The notes below the pieces were generated by a model. That model saw only the letters and a program-made list of their open reading frames with translations, was not told the DNA's origin and did no database searches. Shown here piece by piece: positions 1-10,261 of a stretch of DNA of 64,000 bases (position 1 is the first letter of the stretch; every line of letters starts with the position of its first letter). Origin of the DNA: Cyanobacteria bacterium P01_F01_bin.150 (GTDB taxonomy: Bacteria; Cyanobacteriota; Cyanobacteriia; CAKZMO01); contig JBCCYL010000007.1 in the NCBI GenBank assembly GCA_039189765.1, forward strand, positions 64,001 to 128,000, given 5' to 3'. Made by a program: the position numbers and the translations under genes.

Positions 1-1210
1 AAAAAGGATAAACCCCAGCGACTTGAAGCTTATTTTTAGCCCAAATTTCAATGTCCCCCCCTTGCCCAGAGTTAAACGTGGAGGTGTTAATCCGGCCTCC
101 ATTTCTGACCCGTAATGCTGGTGTCGTAATAAAAATATTACCTGCGGCGCCTTCACCAAGCGTCTCTGCTGCTAGTAACGTCCGAAACTGTGCCTGTGTG
201 GTCAGGCCATTTACCAGTATTGAATCGTGGGCCTGAACAATAATATTTCCTCCTGGATTGTGACCAGTCTGACTTAGGATTGCTGAGCCACGGTTTAGGG
301 AAAGCCTGTTTGCTTCAATACCGACTGAACCGGCTTGGGAAGCACTGACATCTACCAAGGCAAGATTAGACAGTTGGATGTCATTAAACAAAGTGCCTTC
401 ATAGTTAAAGTGCCAGGGAACTGAATTTTGGGTGGTATCGGCAACTATTTCAATTCTGCCTTGAGCTACGCTGCCTAACTCAATGCTCCCACCAGGCGCT
501 GTGAGAACTGCTCCATCAAGCTGAATGGTGTTACCAATAAAGGCTAAAGATTGACCAGATGATACTTCTAGGCCAAGACTATCGCTGGCATTATTGGATA
601 TGGGAAACAAGTCACTGATTTGATTCAGTTGATGACCGGGGCCTTGAATTTCAACTGCACCTGAAGACTGGCCGAGCTGTAATCCAATGGGAGTCTTAAT
701 GGAGAGTAAGGGCGATGACTGGAGGTCGGAAATACTAAATTCTAGTTGATTATCGAATAATAAGCGATCAGCCGTAGTTGCTAGAAACGAACCACCAATA
801 TCTAAACGGGCATTGGGGCCAAACAGAAAACCATTAGGATTAAGCAAGAAAAGATTAGCATTCCCGTTGGCTTTAATTAACCCGTCAATATTAGAAATCT
901 CACTGCCGGTAATGCGGCTAATAATGTTCTGAATATCTATTGCATTGTTGAAGTATACTGAGCTATCAGTAGGAATCGAAAACTGATCAAAGCTGTGAAA
1001 TAGATTGATTCCTGCTTGATCGCCTTGCTCAATTACAAAATTGAAGTTATCGATTGAGCGAACAGTAGTGGAAAGAGTTCCGTCATGGGTAACTTGGGCT
1101 AATGCTTGATGTTGCCCTTGAATACTAAAGTTGACCAACAGAAAGAGGCCTAAAGTATTAATTATTTTTATCCATGGGTGGTAAATAAAGCTGTTTTCAA
1201 CACTGACCAT
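1..1210 (-). CDS. Filamentous haemagglutinin-family (TPS secretion domain) exoprotein, 5' part; runs off the left edge
   Basis: Not in the ORF track. Manual translation from ATG at 1210 gives MVSVENSFIYHPWIKIINTLGLFLLVNFSIQGQHQALAQVTHDGTLSTTV...NLFHSFDQFSIP...NLFLLNPNGFLFGPNARLDIGGSF, the TPS motif; paralogous to 1401-4067. Confidence 0.9.
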   Translation of the reverse strand, partial: MVSVENSFIYHPWIKIINTLGLFLLVNFSIQGQHQALAQVTHDGTLSTTVRSIDNFNFVIEQGDQAGINLFHSFDQFSIPTDSSVYFNNAIDIQNIISRITGSEISNIDGLIKANGNANLFLLNPNGFLFGPNARLDIGGSFLATTADRLLFDNQLEFSISDLQSSPLLSIKTPIGLQLGQSSGAVEIQGPGHQLNQISDLFPISNNASDSLGLEVSSGQSLAFIGNTIQLDGAVLTAPGGSIELGSVAQGRIEIVADTTQNSVPWHFNYEGTLFNDIQLSNLALVDVSASQAGSVGIEANRLSLNRGSAILSQTGHNPGGNIIVQAHDSILVNGLTTQAQFRTLLAAETLGEGAAGNIFITTPALRVRNGGRINTSTFNSGQGGDIEIWAKNKLQVAGVYPF

Positions 1211-1400
1211 CAGTATCCAAAAAATGTTTTGTTCGCCTATGTTTTAATGCGGTATTGAGTGATAGGGGCAAAGTGTCTCATATTGTCATTAAAATTTTCC
1301 AGACTTTGGCTATGGGCATAAACCTTTTCATTTCCTTAATGTTCCCAATGCTGAAAGAACTTACTATGCCTATTTACGAAGATTCGTATGATGAGGACTA

Positions 1401-4067
1401 TCATTTTAGAGTAGAGTGTAGAGACGGGTCACAGTTTGACTCGATTGAGTTGATGATCGGATTTGTACCCGAGATTAATTGAATCTTGCCTGAGGATGCG
1501 ATCGCCATTTGGGAGGCCTCTTGAGGCAATAGGGGAGTTAGAAAGGCCGTGGAAGTTTGGAAAACACCAGGAGCAGGAGCATCGGCAATAGAATTCGGTA
1601 TGGTGCCGAAATCAGGAAGAATATTTGGCCAGGGGCGATCGCCATCGCCATCAGGATTGGTCGGCAACCCACCTTGGCCGGTAACCACAAATTGACTGCG
1701 GCTAGTCGACTCACCACATGCTGTGGCAACTTGATCGGTGGCATCGTTCACTGTTGAGGGCAACAAAATAGCATCTGCACCAGGATCAACATCTGGTGTT
1801 GTAATGCTAACAGTACCGCTTACACCAAATTCTGAACTAGCGGTGATATCGTTGTTGGACGTTAAACTATCTCGAAACGCAATATTGAATAAACCTTGAG
1901 TAGTGATTTGAATGCTGCCGCCATTGCCAGTAAATGCATTGGCCTCAATATCACTATTGCCAGCAGCAACAATAAATGGAGCTTCAATTTGGATATTTCC
2001 CCCATCTCCACCACCGCTATCTACTGTTCCGGCCCGAGTTGAAATAGTACTCATATTGGATAAAAAAAGTCCATCATCAACCGTCAGATTAACGCCTCCA
2101 CCCCTACCAGACGAGAGAGAGGATGCGTTGATTCGGCCATTATTTAAACGTAGAATGTGAGCATTAATAGTTATACTACCTCCACTGACGGTATTCGTTG
2201 TTGCAGTGATCGCGCCCTGGTTCTCTAAGGCTACTCTTTCGGCAGAAATGTTTAATTGTCCCGGATTGCCGTCACCAGATACATTATTGATGGTTACAAC
2301 GCCACTATCAGCAATACGCAAATAAGGAGTGTCAATGGTAAGATTGCCCACATCGCCCGCTGGAATCGGTGATAAGTCCAAAATTTGCCGAATCGAGTCA
2401 TTGAGAGTGATGACGGCAGAACTAATGGCACTAACCTGAACGTTACCTTCACTATTTCTGAGTCTAAACCCTTGCACAACAACTTGTTCAGATGCACTGA
2501 TTTTTAAATCTCCAGCATGCCCAAGGCTTGCACTTGCAGAGTCCACAATGTTGCCATCTAAGACAACCAACTCGCGAGTATTGATCCTAATATCTCCTGC
2601 ATTGCCGTCACTTAAGGTACTAGAAAAAATTCCAGCACCTCCAATTTCAATTTGGTGAGTCGTTCCCTCTAAACGAATGGAGTCAGCCTCAATAAGAATA
2701 TCCCCTCCTGTTCCTTCTCCAGCTAGAGTAGATGAACTGATAATGCCCCCGCCTCTAACCCTAACGATTGGACTATTAATGTCAATATCCCCTGCATTGC
2801 CTAAACCGCCAATGGTGGTGGCTCCAATGACACTAACATCCGTCCCACTCTTGGCAATAGGAGATATTCCCTCTACGTGAAGGGCCTCTTCTGCTCGAAT
2901 ATGAATACTGCCTGAATCACCACCATCAAACGTCGTCGATCTAATTGCTCCTCCATTTTTAAGCCTCACTAAGGGACTTTGAATATCGATGAGGCTTCCT
3001 TGGCCACTACCTAAAACTTCTGCCCGAATTGAACTGCGAAAATTACTTGAATTGACCCCACGAATGATAAGAGACTCGTCGGCATAAACTTGGATAAATC
3101 CAGCTAGAGCATTGCCTGCATTTTGGCTAAGTAGAGTAGAACCTCCGCTCAAACGAATTTGATCGCCTTGTAAAGACATCGAACCAGCCTGATTTGCGCT
3201 GCTATCTAAAAGGGCATTACGAATCAACTGAATGTTATCGAAAGAGGCCCCGTCATAGGAAAAGACCCAATTACCATTATTGTCGTCGAATTTGATAATG
3301 CCGTCCCGAGCGCTACCGAGTTCAATATGTCCCCCTGCCGTCGTTAATACGGCTCCATTCAGCGTTAAAGAACTACCAAGCAACGCTAAATTTTGAGAAG
3401 AAGATACTTCAAGGCCCAATGATTCGGAGGAATGATTGGTCGTTTGGAGAAGGTCGTTACCTTGCATAAGCTGGTGTCCTGAACCCAGCACTTCGATAGA
3501 ACCGGGTTCAGCCCCCATTTGTAAGCCCAAAGGGATATTAATCGATAGTAATCTTTCTGCTTGACTTGCACTAAAAGTAATATCATCTTCAAATAAAAAA
3601 CTGTCGGCAGTGGTTACCAAAAATGAACCACCAATATTTAAGCGAGCATTAGGGCCAAAAATAAAACCATTGGGATTGAGCAAGAAAAGACTGGCAGTGC
3701 CATTAGCTTGAATTAAACCATCAATATCAGATAGACCTGAACCAGTAACTCTAGTAATGATGTTTTCAATGGCGATCGCATTACTAAATTGGGCAGAACC
3801 ATTAGTGGGAATTGAAAACTGCTCAAAACTATGAAAGAGATTACGATTGACACGATTACCTGCATCAATCACAAAGTTGAGATTATCTGTGGTGGTTACA
3901 GTGGTAGCCAGAGTTCCATCTGGGGTTACTTGCGCATAGACAGCAGGTTGCAAAATAAAGCCCCACATTAGAGTAGCAGCACCTATGGAAACGATATCTG
4001 CTGCGCATTGGCATGTTGACATCACTCTTTGCATCCTCCAAAGAATGGTCATTCCAGAAGTGGGCAT
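1401..4067 (-). CDS. Filamentous haemagglutinin-family (TPS domain) beta-helical exoprotein
   Basis: Signal peptide ending AYA-QVTPDGT; NLFHSFEQFSIP and LFLLNPNGFIFGPNARLNIGGSF motifs; G/N-rich GxIxI repeats; typical cyanobacterial C-terminus (NDITASSEFG...SQFVVTGQGGLP). The true start may be a downstream Met. Confidence 0.9.
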   Translation of the reverse strand: MPTSGMTILWRMQRVMSTCQCAADIVSIGAATLMWGFILQPAVYAQVTPDGTLATTVTTTDNLNFVIDAGNRVNRNLFHSFEQFSIPTNGSAQFSNAIAIENIITRVTGSGLSDIDGLIQANGTASLFLLNPNGFIFGPNARLNIGGSFLVTTADSFLFEDDITFSASQAERLLSINIPLGLQMGAEPGSIEVLGSGHQLMQGNDLLQTTNHSSESLGLEVSSSQNLALLGSSLTLNGAVLTTAGGHIELGSARDGIIKFDDNNGNWVFSYDGASFDNIQLIRNALLDSSANQAGSMSLQGDQIRLSGGSTLLSQNAGNALAGFIQVYADESLIIRGVNSSNFRSSIRAEVLGSGQGSLIDIQSPLVRLKNGGAIRSTTFDGGDSGSIHIRAEEALHVEGISPIAKSGTDVSVIGATTIGGLGNAGDIDINSPIVRVRGGGIISSSTLAGEGTGGDILIEADSIRLEGTTHQIEIGGAGIFSSTLSDGNAGDIRINTRELVVLDGNIVDSASASLGHAGDLKISASEQVVVQGFRLRNSEGNVQVSAISSAVITLNDSIRQILDLSPIPAGDVGNLTIDTPYLRIADSGVVTINNVSGDGNPGQLNISAERVALENQGAITATTNTVSGGSITINAHILRLNNGRINASSLSSGRGGGVNLTVDDGLFLSNMSTISTRAGTVDSGGGDGGNIQIEAPFIVAAGNSDIEANAFTGNGGSIQITTQGLFNIAFRDSLTSNNDITASSEFGVSGTVSITTPDVDPGADAILLPSTVNDATDQVATACGESTSRSQFVVTGQGGLPTNPDGDGDRPWPNILPDFGTIPNSIADAPAPGVFQTSTAFLTPLLPQEASQMAIASSGKIQLISGTNPIINSIESNCDPSLHSTLK

Positions 4068-4108
4068 AAGTTAGTTTCGGAAGGTCTACTCTTTAATATG
4101 CCCCGAAG

Positions 4109-5089
4109 TCAAAAAGGAACTACAGATGCGATCGCAATCGTTAATCCCATCCAGAGAAGAAGACTCCAGCGGGTTAAGCTAAGGGCCTTGTCAATTGAAT
4201 CTGGCGAAATATCCTGGAGGCGATCGCCCAAAAGAGGTTTTTCTTTCTTTTGACCCTGATAATAATTTATTCCACCTAATTGCACTCCCAAAGCAGCAGC
4301 ATAGGCACATTCACTCCAGCCAGCGTTGGGACTCGGATCTTGTGGTGCATCACGACGACAAATGTGCCAGACCTGCCGTGGTTTGCCAGACAAGACACTG
4401 ATAGTCGCAACCACCAGACGACAAGGAAGCCAGGTTAACCCATCCTCAAATTTTGCGCTAAACCACCCCAACTCTTTAAAAGGAGGTGTTTTGTAGCCCA
4501 CCATAGAATCAAGAGTACTTGCCGCTTTATATCCCAGGACTAGGGTGGCACTTCCCGTTGGCAAGAAAGCTCCCACCATCGCAAACCAGAATGGAGCCAA
4601 CACCCCATCAGTGGCATTTTCACTAACTGTCTCCATTACTGCCCGTAGAATACCGGCTTCGCCTAACTGCTGGGTGTCTCTCCCTACATACAGCGCCATT
4701 TTGTCACGAGCCATATCTAAATTTTTTGTACTCAGAGGTCCCAGCACATCATAAGCAGCATCTCGTAAACTGCGTCCTGCCAGCCCACTGGCGACCAAGA
4801 TACTCTCTACCCCTAAGCCAAAGAACGGATGAATCCACCTAGCCCAATACACTATTCCCCAAACCACCAGACCAGTTCCCACAATCGTCGATAATCCTAA
4901 AAAGATTCCGGCGATTTTTAAGGTCAAAGGCTGATGAAATCGATTGAGTAGCAACTTGGACAGTCGTTCAATCCATTTCCCAATCACTTGAACTGGATGA
5001 ATCCAATTCCATGGGTCGCCAATCAAATAGTCTAGGAGTAGGGCGATTGCCAAAATAGCCAAGCTATAGGTTATGTCTATGCTTACCAT
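4109..5089 (-). CDS. cbiB: Adenosylcobinamide-phosphate synthase CbiB/CobD
   Basis: GDP...HPV, VGRDT, SENATDG, YKAASTLDSMVGY and SPNAGWSE motifs; hydrophobic N-terminus. Confidence 0.93.
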   Translation of the reverse strand: MVSIDITYSLAILAIALLLDYLIGDPWNWIHPVQVIGKWIERLSKLLLNRFHQPLTLKIAGIFLGLSTIVGTGLVVWGIVYWARWIHPFFGLGVESILVASGLAGRSLRDAAYDVLGPLSTKNLDMARDKMALYVGRDTQQLGEAGILRAVMETVSENATDGVLAPFWFAMVGAFLPTGSATLVLGYKAASTLDSMVGYKTPPFKELGWFSAKFEDGLTWLPCRLVVATISVLSGKPRQVWHICRRDAPQDPSPNAGWSECAYAAALGVQLGGINYYQGQKKEKPLLGDRLQDISPDSIDKALSLTRWSLLLWMGLTIAIASVVPF

Positions 5090-5291
5090 AAGTTACTCTT
5101 GGCTCTCTGCCGTTTTTCTTCCTCTAGTAAAGCATTCTAGAACTCTGTAAAGAAATAAAAAACTGTTGCCCAGTCTCGCAATCCCTTGCTCAGCAAGCAC
5201 TTTTGGACGTGACTAGAGGAAAATACTGAAAAAATATTCTTACTTTACGGAATGCTCTAAAGCTTTATTGATTCCTTATATTAAGGCGGAA

Positions 5292-5325
5292 CCATCGTTG
5301 GAAAAGCCCCCACGACCAACGATGG
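5292..5325. repeat. Inverted repeat (10-bp stem, 14-nt loop)
   Basis: CCATCGTTGG (5292-5301) / CCAACGATGG (5316-5325); no U-tract on either strand. Confidence 0.7.
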
Positions 5326-5544
5326 CCCCACTAAAGAATAGCGGAGAGGGTTAATTTTGTCTTCCCCTAACAAAAAGTCTTCTTTCCTCTACTCCACTAG
5401 TGGTTTGCCTTTCCGCCTACACCGTTTCCAACGTCCACTATGGATCCATGAACTGAGTCCATTAAAGGTCCCTGGACGGCGTAAAGCCCCTGTGTCCAAT
5501 GTAATTGTCAAGATGGATTTCTCATTCCATCTTAAACAGTAAGA

Positions 5545-5690
5545 GAGTCCCTAAAAAGCCCCTGAGTCCCCAAAATTGAGTCTCCTAAAAACTGAGTCCC
5601 TAGAAAGCCCCTGAACCCCCAAACATTGAGTCCCCAAAAACTGAGTCCCTAGAAAGCCCCTGAACCCCCAAGCATGGAGTCCCCAAATCA
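5545..5690. repeat. Tandem repeat, 3 x 49 bp, built from GAGTCCC-like subunits, with degenerate flanking copies (~5450-5745)
   Basis: Units start at 5545, 5594 and 5643; unit 2 reads GAGTCCCTAGAAAGCCCCTGAACCCCCAAACATTGAGTCCCCAAAAACT. Confidence 0.9.
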
Positions 5691-5796
5691 GGCTCCCCAA
5701 GCCCTTTTAGAAGTCCCTAACAAGCTCCTGAGTCCCCTAATAAGCGTCCTAAAAGTTCTCAATCAAAGATAAACTGCCCTCTGCGAGAGCCAAGCC

Positions 5797-8577
5797 CTAC
5801 TCAGCCCGCTCAATAAATGCCTCCGTTTGTTCGGATTGAAATGACTCTCCAGCGGAATTTGGGAATGCTCGAATATTTTGCTCTAAGTTTAGATGTGCCA
5901 CCCCTTTTGGAAGAAGCGGTTTATCAAAGGACCGAGATGACTCTTTCAATGCTCGTAACACTAATTGCTGGTCCCTACCCTCGACAAATTCCGATAGGCC
6001 AGCACGAGTATAAACGGGAACAAATTCTACCCCCATATGGCGATCGCCTAAAATCACTTTTACCATAGTGGCCATGGTGTGGTTAGCCGCCTCTTTACTC
6101 GTTAGCGGGCCATCAATTCCTCCATCCGTTTGTCCATCTGAACGCGCTGGTGAGGTGCGGATACCGGACTCAGGCAATTGATGAGGAACAGTATCCAAAA
6201 CGTTATTATTTGGATTCGCACTGCCAGGATTGGTCACAGCCCCCTCGTGAATATCTGTGTTGCTCATGGATAAAGGAATTTGACCGATGGAATAGGCGAT
6301 TGCTCTACCGTTGTAAATCTCGCCGCCTTGTATGACATCTGGATGATAACCCACCACTAAATCAGCTCCCTCATCCACTGCTAAGTGGGCAAGGCGAACC
6401 TGTTGTTCTGTCGGTGGTGCAGCAGACGTGGTTGCATCAATATTGCTCCAGTGATAAGACACGATTACCCAATCCACCTGATCGCGAATCTCATCGATAT
6501 CGGCAGCGAGGCGGCGGCGAGACCCTGGATTATTTCCCGCCATATCCTGATCGGCCGCAAAGAGATGGGTATCTACGTACCCCAAAATCGCTATCCGATG
6601 ACCTTTAACGTCAAAAATTTGAGGTCGGCTGGCGTCCTCTTCAGTCAAGCCAGCTCCAACAGCGCGAATTGCAGACCGATTCAATGATCTGACGGTTTCC
6701 TTTAACGACGGTTTTTGGGATTTGGCAATGTCACTTCCAGCAATATTCACTACATCAATTCCACCCTGGCGTAAATCTTGAATTGGCAGAATCGAGGCAG
6801 CATCAGACTCTGCTGAATTAACGACTCCACTGACTGGAGTATTAATCAAGGCCATTGCAATATCAGCAGGATGACTTGGCATTGGGGCAGGGGGTAAGGA
6901 AAACAGCGATCGCCAGCCTTTGGGTTTCGTCTCTGCGTCTGGTGGAGGCAGTGGCACAATGGCCTTGCCAGTAAAGGTAACTGTCACTTCAGAGAGACTG
7001 GATGTTGTTGGCAGCAAAGGCACTACATCAATAGTTTGATCTCCCATTTCAACGGTCTTGGGGCGGCTGATAGGGCGACTAAAAGACGCGGAAGAAACCG
7101 ATGAGTCCGCAACTACATCATTATTGGCTGCATCTGCTGTCGTATTGTTATCAACCGATAGCGATACAGATTTACTAGCAGATTCATCAATAGTGGCATT
7201 AGATAGCCTATCGGAGCGATCAGAATTAGCGCTGAAATCTTCCCCTGTTGACCTATCTGGTTGGGCTAAGTCCTTCTGTTGACCAATAGGTGCACGATTA
7301 TCTTGAGAAGAATTATCCTCAGAAACAGAATCCATCAAGGCACTGCCGACTAAAAAAGCCGCGATCGCTGCGCCTCCCAACATCCAAGGGCTGGGATTCA
7401 TCAACTGGTCCATAACTTTAGCCTGCAATTGCCCAAAGCCTTTACCAAAACTATTACCAAAACTATTACCAAAACCATCACCACCGCCAAAGGCTGGGGT
7501 ATTAAAGGGGCCGACAGTTCCATCATCCAAATCAAAATCCCCTGTAGGCCCGTTAGGTGCCACGGCAGGATTTGCAACATTAGGCGACATGAAAGGCTCT
7601 ATGACTACATTAGGAGTCATGTTTGTTGAAGGCTGGGGCTGCTGGGCTGGCTGTTGATCTAAAGGAGGAGCCTTGGCTTGTGTGTTTTCTGGACTCTGGT
7701 TATCCTCTTGAGAGCTAGGAGTCTGATAGACCGTTTGCAGCAGCTTGACAAGAGAATCCAAAGACTGAGTAGCTTGAGATTGAATAGCCTGAGCTTGAGG
7801 GGTTTGTGTTTGGTTGTGGGCCAAGCGCTGACCTTGTTCTATTTGACTAGCATGTTCTTGGGCTTGCTGAAGGATCTCTAGAGGAATAGATCCGGTGCTC
7901 TCAGCTTTAATTGGTTTTGATTGGACCGATAAATCATATGAATGATGATGGTTACTGGGTTGCTGGACAACTTCTTTTTGATGTTCAGGTCGCTCATTTT
8001 CCTGTGTTTTGGATCTAGACCATTCTTCCACTTTCTGTTGGCCCATGGTCCAAGCTTCTGCTGTCTTGACCTTTGCCTGTTGCTGCCATTCTTTTAACTG
8101 TTCACGCCAAACTTCCAATTTGGAGGGTTGCTTATAGATATCAGGCAATGGCAATCGCACCAACTGATTCCACAAAATTAAATTTGTTTGGGCAACCTGA
8201 ACCGTCAGATTCGCACCCAGAACCACATCTGATTTCAAAGAACAAAGCTGATGAGACACTAGCTTAATCAAAGGTTGGCGCTTGGGTGGTCGCTTTACCG
8301 TTAATGTTATTTGTAAGTAACCTGGCCCCGCTTCCCCTACCCAAGCAGAAATATGATGGGGCTTGAGGATGTTATTCAAGACAGTGGCGATCGCTTGAAA
8401 ATTTCCACTTCGAGCTGTGGCCAACAATTCCGCATTCAAAGCTAAGCGTTTACCCTGTCGCTGTCGCCCTTGAAGGCGTTGTTTTTGAACAGGACGAACT
8501 TCTGGGTTGACTGTTTGACGATTGGATGAACTGGAGGATCTGGATGGACGTTCAGGGGGATAAAACTGCGCTTGCAT
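5797..8577 (-). CDS. CapA/PGA_cap-family (metallophosphoesterase-like) membrane protein with a long N-terminal region; catalytic motifs degenerate
   Basis: C-terminal RAVGAG...GHRIAILGY...DWVIVSYHW...AVDEGADLVVGYHPDVIQGGEIYNGRAIAYSIG; single TM WMLGGAAIAAFLVGSALM; Q/P/S-rich linkers. Confidence 0.8.
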   Translation of the reverse strand: MQAQFYPPERPSRSSSSSNRQTVNPEVRPVQKQRLQGRQRQGKRLALNAELLATARSGNFQAIATVLNNILKPHHISAWVGEAGPGYLQITLTVKRPPKRQPLIKLVSHQLCSLKSDVVLGANLTVQVAQTNLILWNQLVRLPLPDIYKQPSKLEVWREQLKEWQQQAKVKTAEAWTMGQQKVEEWSRSKTQENERPEHQKEVVQQPSNHHHSYDLSVQSKPIKAESTGSIPLEILQQAQEHASQIEQGQRLAHNQTQTPQAQAIQSQATQSLDSLVKLLQTVYQTPSSQEDNQSPENTQAKAPPLDQQPAQQPQPSTNMTPNVVIEPFMSPNVANPAVAPNGPTGDFDLDDGTVGPFNTPAFGGGDGFGNSFGNSFGKGFGQLQAKVMDQLMNPSPWMLGGAAIAAFLVGSALMDSVSEDNSSQDNRAPIGQQKDLAQPDRSTGEDFSANSDRSDRLSNATIDESASKSVSLSVDNNTTADAANNDVVADSSVSSASFSRPISRPKTVEMGDQTIDVVPLLPTTSSLSEVTVTFTGKAIVPLPPPDAETKPKGWRSLFSLPPAPMPSHPADIAMALINTPVSGVVNSAESDAASILPIQDLRQGGIDVVNIAGSDIAKSQKPSLKETVRSLNRSAIRAVGAGLTEEDASRPQIFDVKGHRIAILGYVDTHLFAADQDMAGNNPGSRRRLAADIDEIRDQVDWVIVSYHWSNIDATTSAAPPTEQQVRLAHLAVDEGADLVVGYHPDVIQGGEIYNGRAIAYSIGQIPLSMSNTDIHEGAVTNPGSANPNNNVLDTVPHQLPESGIRTSPARSDGQTDGGIDGPLTSKEAANHTMATMVKVILGDRHMGVEFVPVYTRAGLSEFVEGRDQQLVLRALKESSRSFDKPLLPKGVAHLNLEQNIRAFPNSAGESFQSEQTEAFIERAE

Positions 8578-9001
8578 AATGAAAATGAGAAGGTTGAACT
8601 ATTTAGCTACCAAATTTTTTGGTCAGCAACACATTCGACAGCGATAGACATGTAGGGCTAGTTTAGCGTATGGCCAATCAGTCTAAAATGATCTATCTGA
8701 ACAGTGTGTAGAATGCCCCTGAGTAGATGGTTCCAGTAGCCTAAAAGGAGAAAGTTATAGGGACCATACGGGTGATAATAGCATTGCTATGACTTAACCT
8801 AAATGCAGTCTTAACTGTTACGGGCTTGAAAAGCCTGCTCCTAGATTAGAGACATATGCTTTGACTACCAAAAAAATTAATATTTAAATCCCATCAGTTC
8901 CTAAAAAAAGGTTTGCTTTAGTGATGCTGGCCTCAGATGTGCGGTAAAGTCGTTGAACCGTAGCCGCCTTAAACTACTATCCTATTTACTCCATCGATCC
9001 C

Positions 9002-10261
9002 ATGAGTCCTGAGACTGATCCAGCGCCATCTACGTCTTCAGATTCCCAACTCTCTCCAACCGCTCCATCACCATTAACTGCCCAATCTTCTCTATCCCCT
9101 TCGGCTTCCACTCCTCTTAGCCTCTCTGTCCCATCACCATCCAGCCGACAGGCTCCCAAAAAACAACCGCCTGGTATTTTGCTATTGGCTATAGCCCTCA
9201 TATTAATGATTATAGGTTTGGGGCTTAATCTTGAGTGGTTGGGGTGGAGTGGGTGTGTTATTGCTCTCCTCCTCTCTGCCAGGATTATTTGGGGGCTTTT
9301 TAAGCCTCTGATTGCCGAGGTTATCTCCCCTGAGCAAGTCACATTAATTTTTGCCCTAATTGGTGGTTTTGCAGCGCTAGTGGGATTGTTTTTATTGACT
9401 GAGGCTAATGAGCGGATTCCATCATGGATTAGCATCAGCGGTTGGGATGAAATTGGTGCGATTGGGGATGTTGTGGGGGCCTTGGGCCAAATTTTGATTG
9501 CAATTTTAGCTGTTTACATTGCTTGGCGACAGTATGTGATTTCTAAAGATTTAACAATTCAGCAGAACCTAATTACTCAACAGCAAACCATTGATTCATA
9601 TTTTCAAGGTATTTCCGATTTGGTTTTGGATGCGGAAGGATTACTAGAAGACTGGCCCCAGGAACGGGCGATCGCAGAAGGACGCACAGCAGCAATTCTC
9701 AGCAGTGTCGATCCCACTGGAAAAGCAAAAATTGTTCGTTTTTTGTCTCGTTCCCGCTTGCTAACACCGCTAAAACGCGATCGCCACCTAGGCCGAGCCA
9801 TGTTAGACGGCATGGGGGGCTACCAAGAAGATCGTGATTTTGGTATTCGAGTAATCGATTTGGGTGTTATGCTAGCGGCCTCTAATTTGGCTGGAACAGA
9901 TATGCGCTGGACTGACCTGAGTGATACTAATTTAGTACGGGCTAATCTGGTGAGTTGTGATCTAGTGAAATCTAATCTGGGTCGAACCATCCTATACGAA
10001 GCAAATTTACAAGGTGCGGACTTAATGGGGGCCAAATTGTTCTATGGCATGATTGAGACTGCCACCCCTCGCACACGCACAGAAGTACCTAACTACAACA
10101 CGGGGACTTGCACTGGAGCTGTAGTGGAGAACGCCAACTTTACAGGAGTTCAGCGCCTTTCAGTAGAACAGCGTCAATATATTTGCCAATGGGGTGGAAA
10201 GAAAACACGAGCGACTGTTCCTGGTGGTTGTGGGGATATTCCAAATAAGCTAGGTCGCTAA
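9002..10261 (+). CDS. Membrane protein with C-terminal pentapeptide repeats
   Basis: Several TM segments followed by A(N/D)LXX repeats (SNLAGTDMRWTDLSDTNLVRANLVSCDLVKSNLGRTILYEANLQGADL). Confidence 0.85.
   Translation: MSPETDPAPSTSSDSQLSPTAPSPLTAQSSLSPSASTPLSLSVPSPSSRQAPKKQPPGILLLAIALILMIIGLGLNLEWLGWSGCVIALLLSARIIWGLFKPLIAEVISPEQVTLIFALIGGFAALVGLFLLTEANERIPSWISISGWDEIGAIGDVVGALGQILIAILAVYIAWRQYVISKDLTIQQNLITQQQTIDSYFQGISDLVLDAEGLLEDWPQERAIAEGRTAAILSSVDPTGKAKIVRFLSRSRLLTPLKRDRHLGRAMLDGMGGYQEDRDFGIRVIDLGVMLAASNLAGTDMRWTDLSDTNLVRANLVSCDLVKSNLGRTILYEANLQGADLMGAKLFYGMIETATPRTRTEVPNYNTGTCTGAVVENANFTGVQRLSVEQRQYICQWGGKKTRATVPGGCGDIPNKLGR

Noticed and set aside
5340..5500. Cobalamin or c-di-GMP riboswitch upstream of cbiB
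   Set aside because: Only fragments (GGAAACGGTG, GGCAAACC) resemble consensus; the B12 box and paired core elements were not found.
5545..5690. Possible CRISPR array
   Set aside because: The units are contiguous with no unique spacers and no GAAAC-type end.
8986..9435. 149-aa minus-strand ORF
   Set aside because: Shadow of the pentapeptide membrane protein gene.
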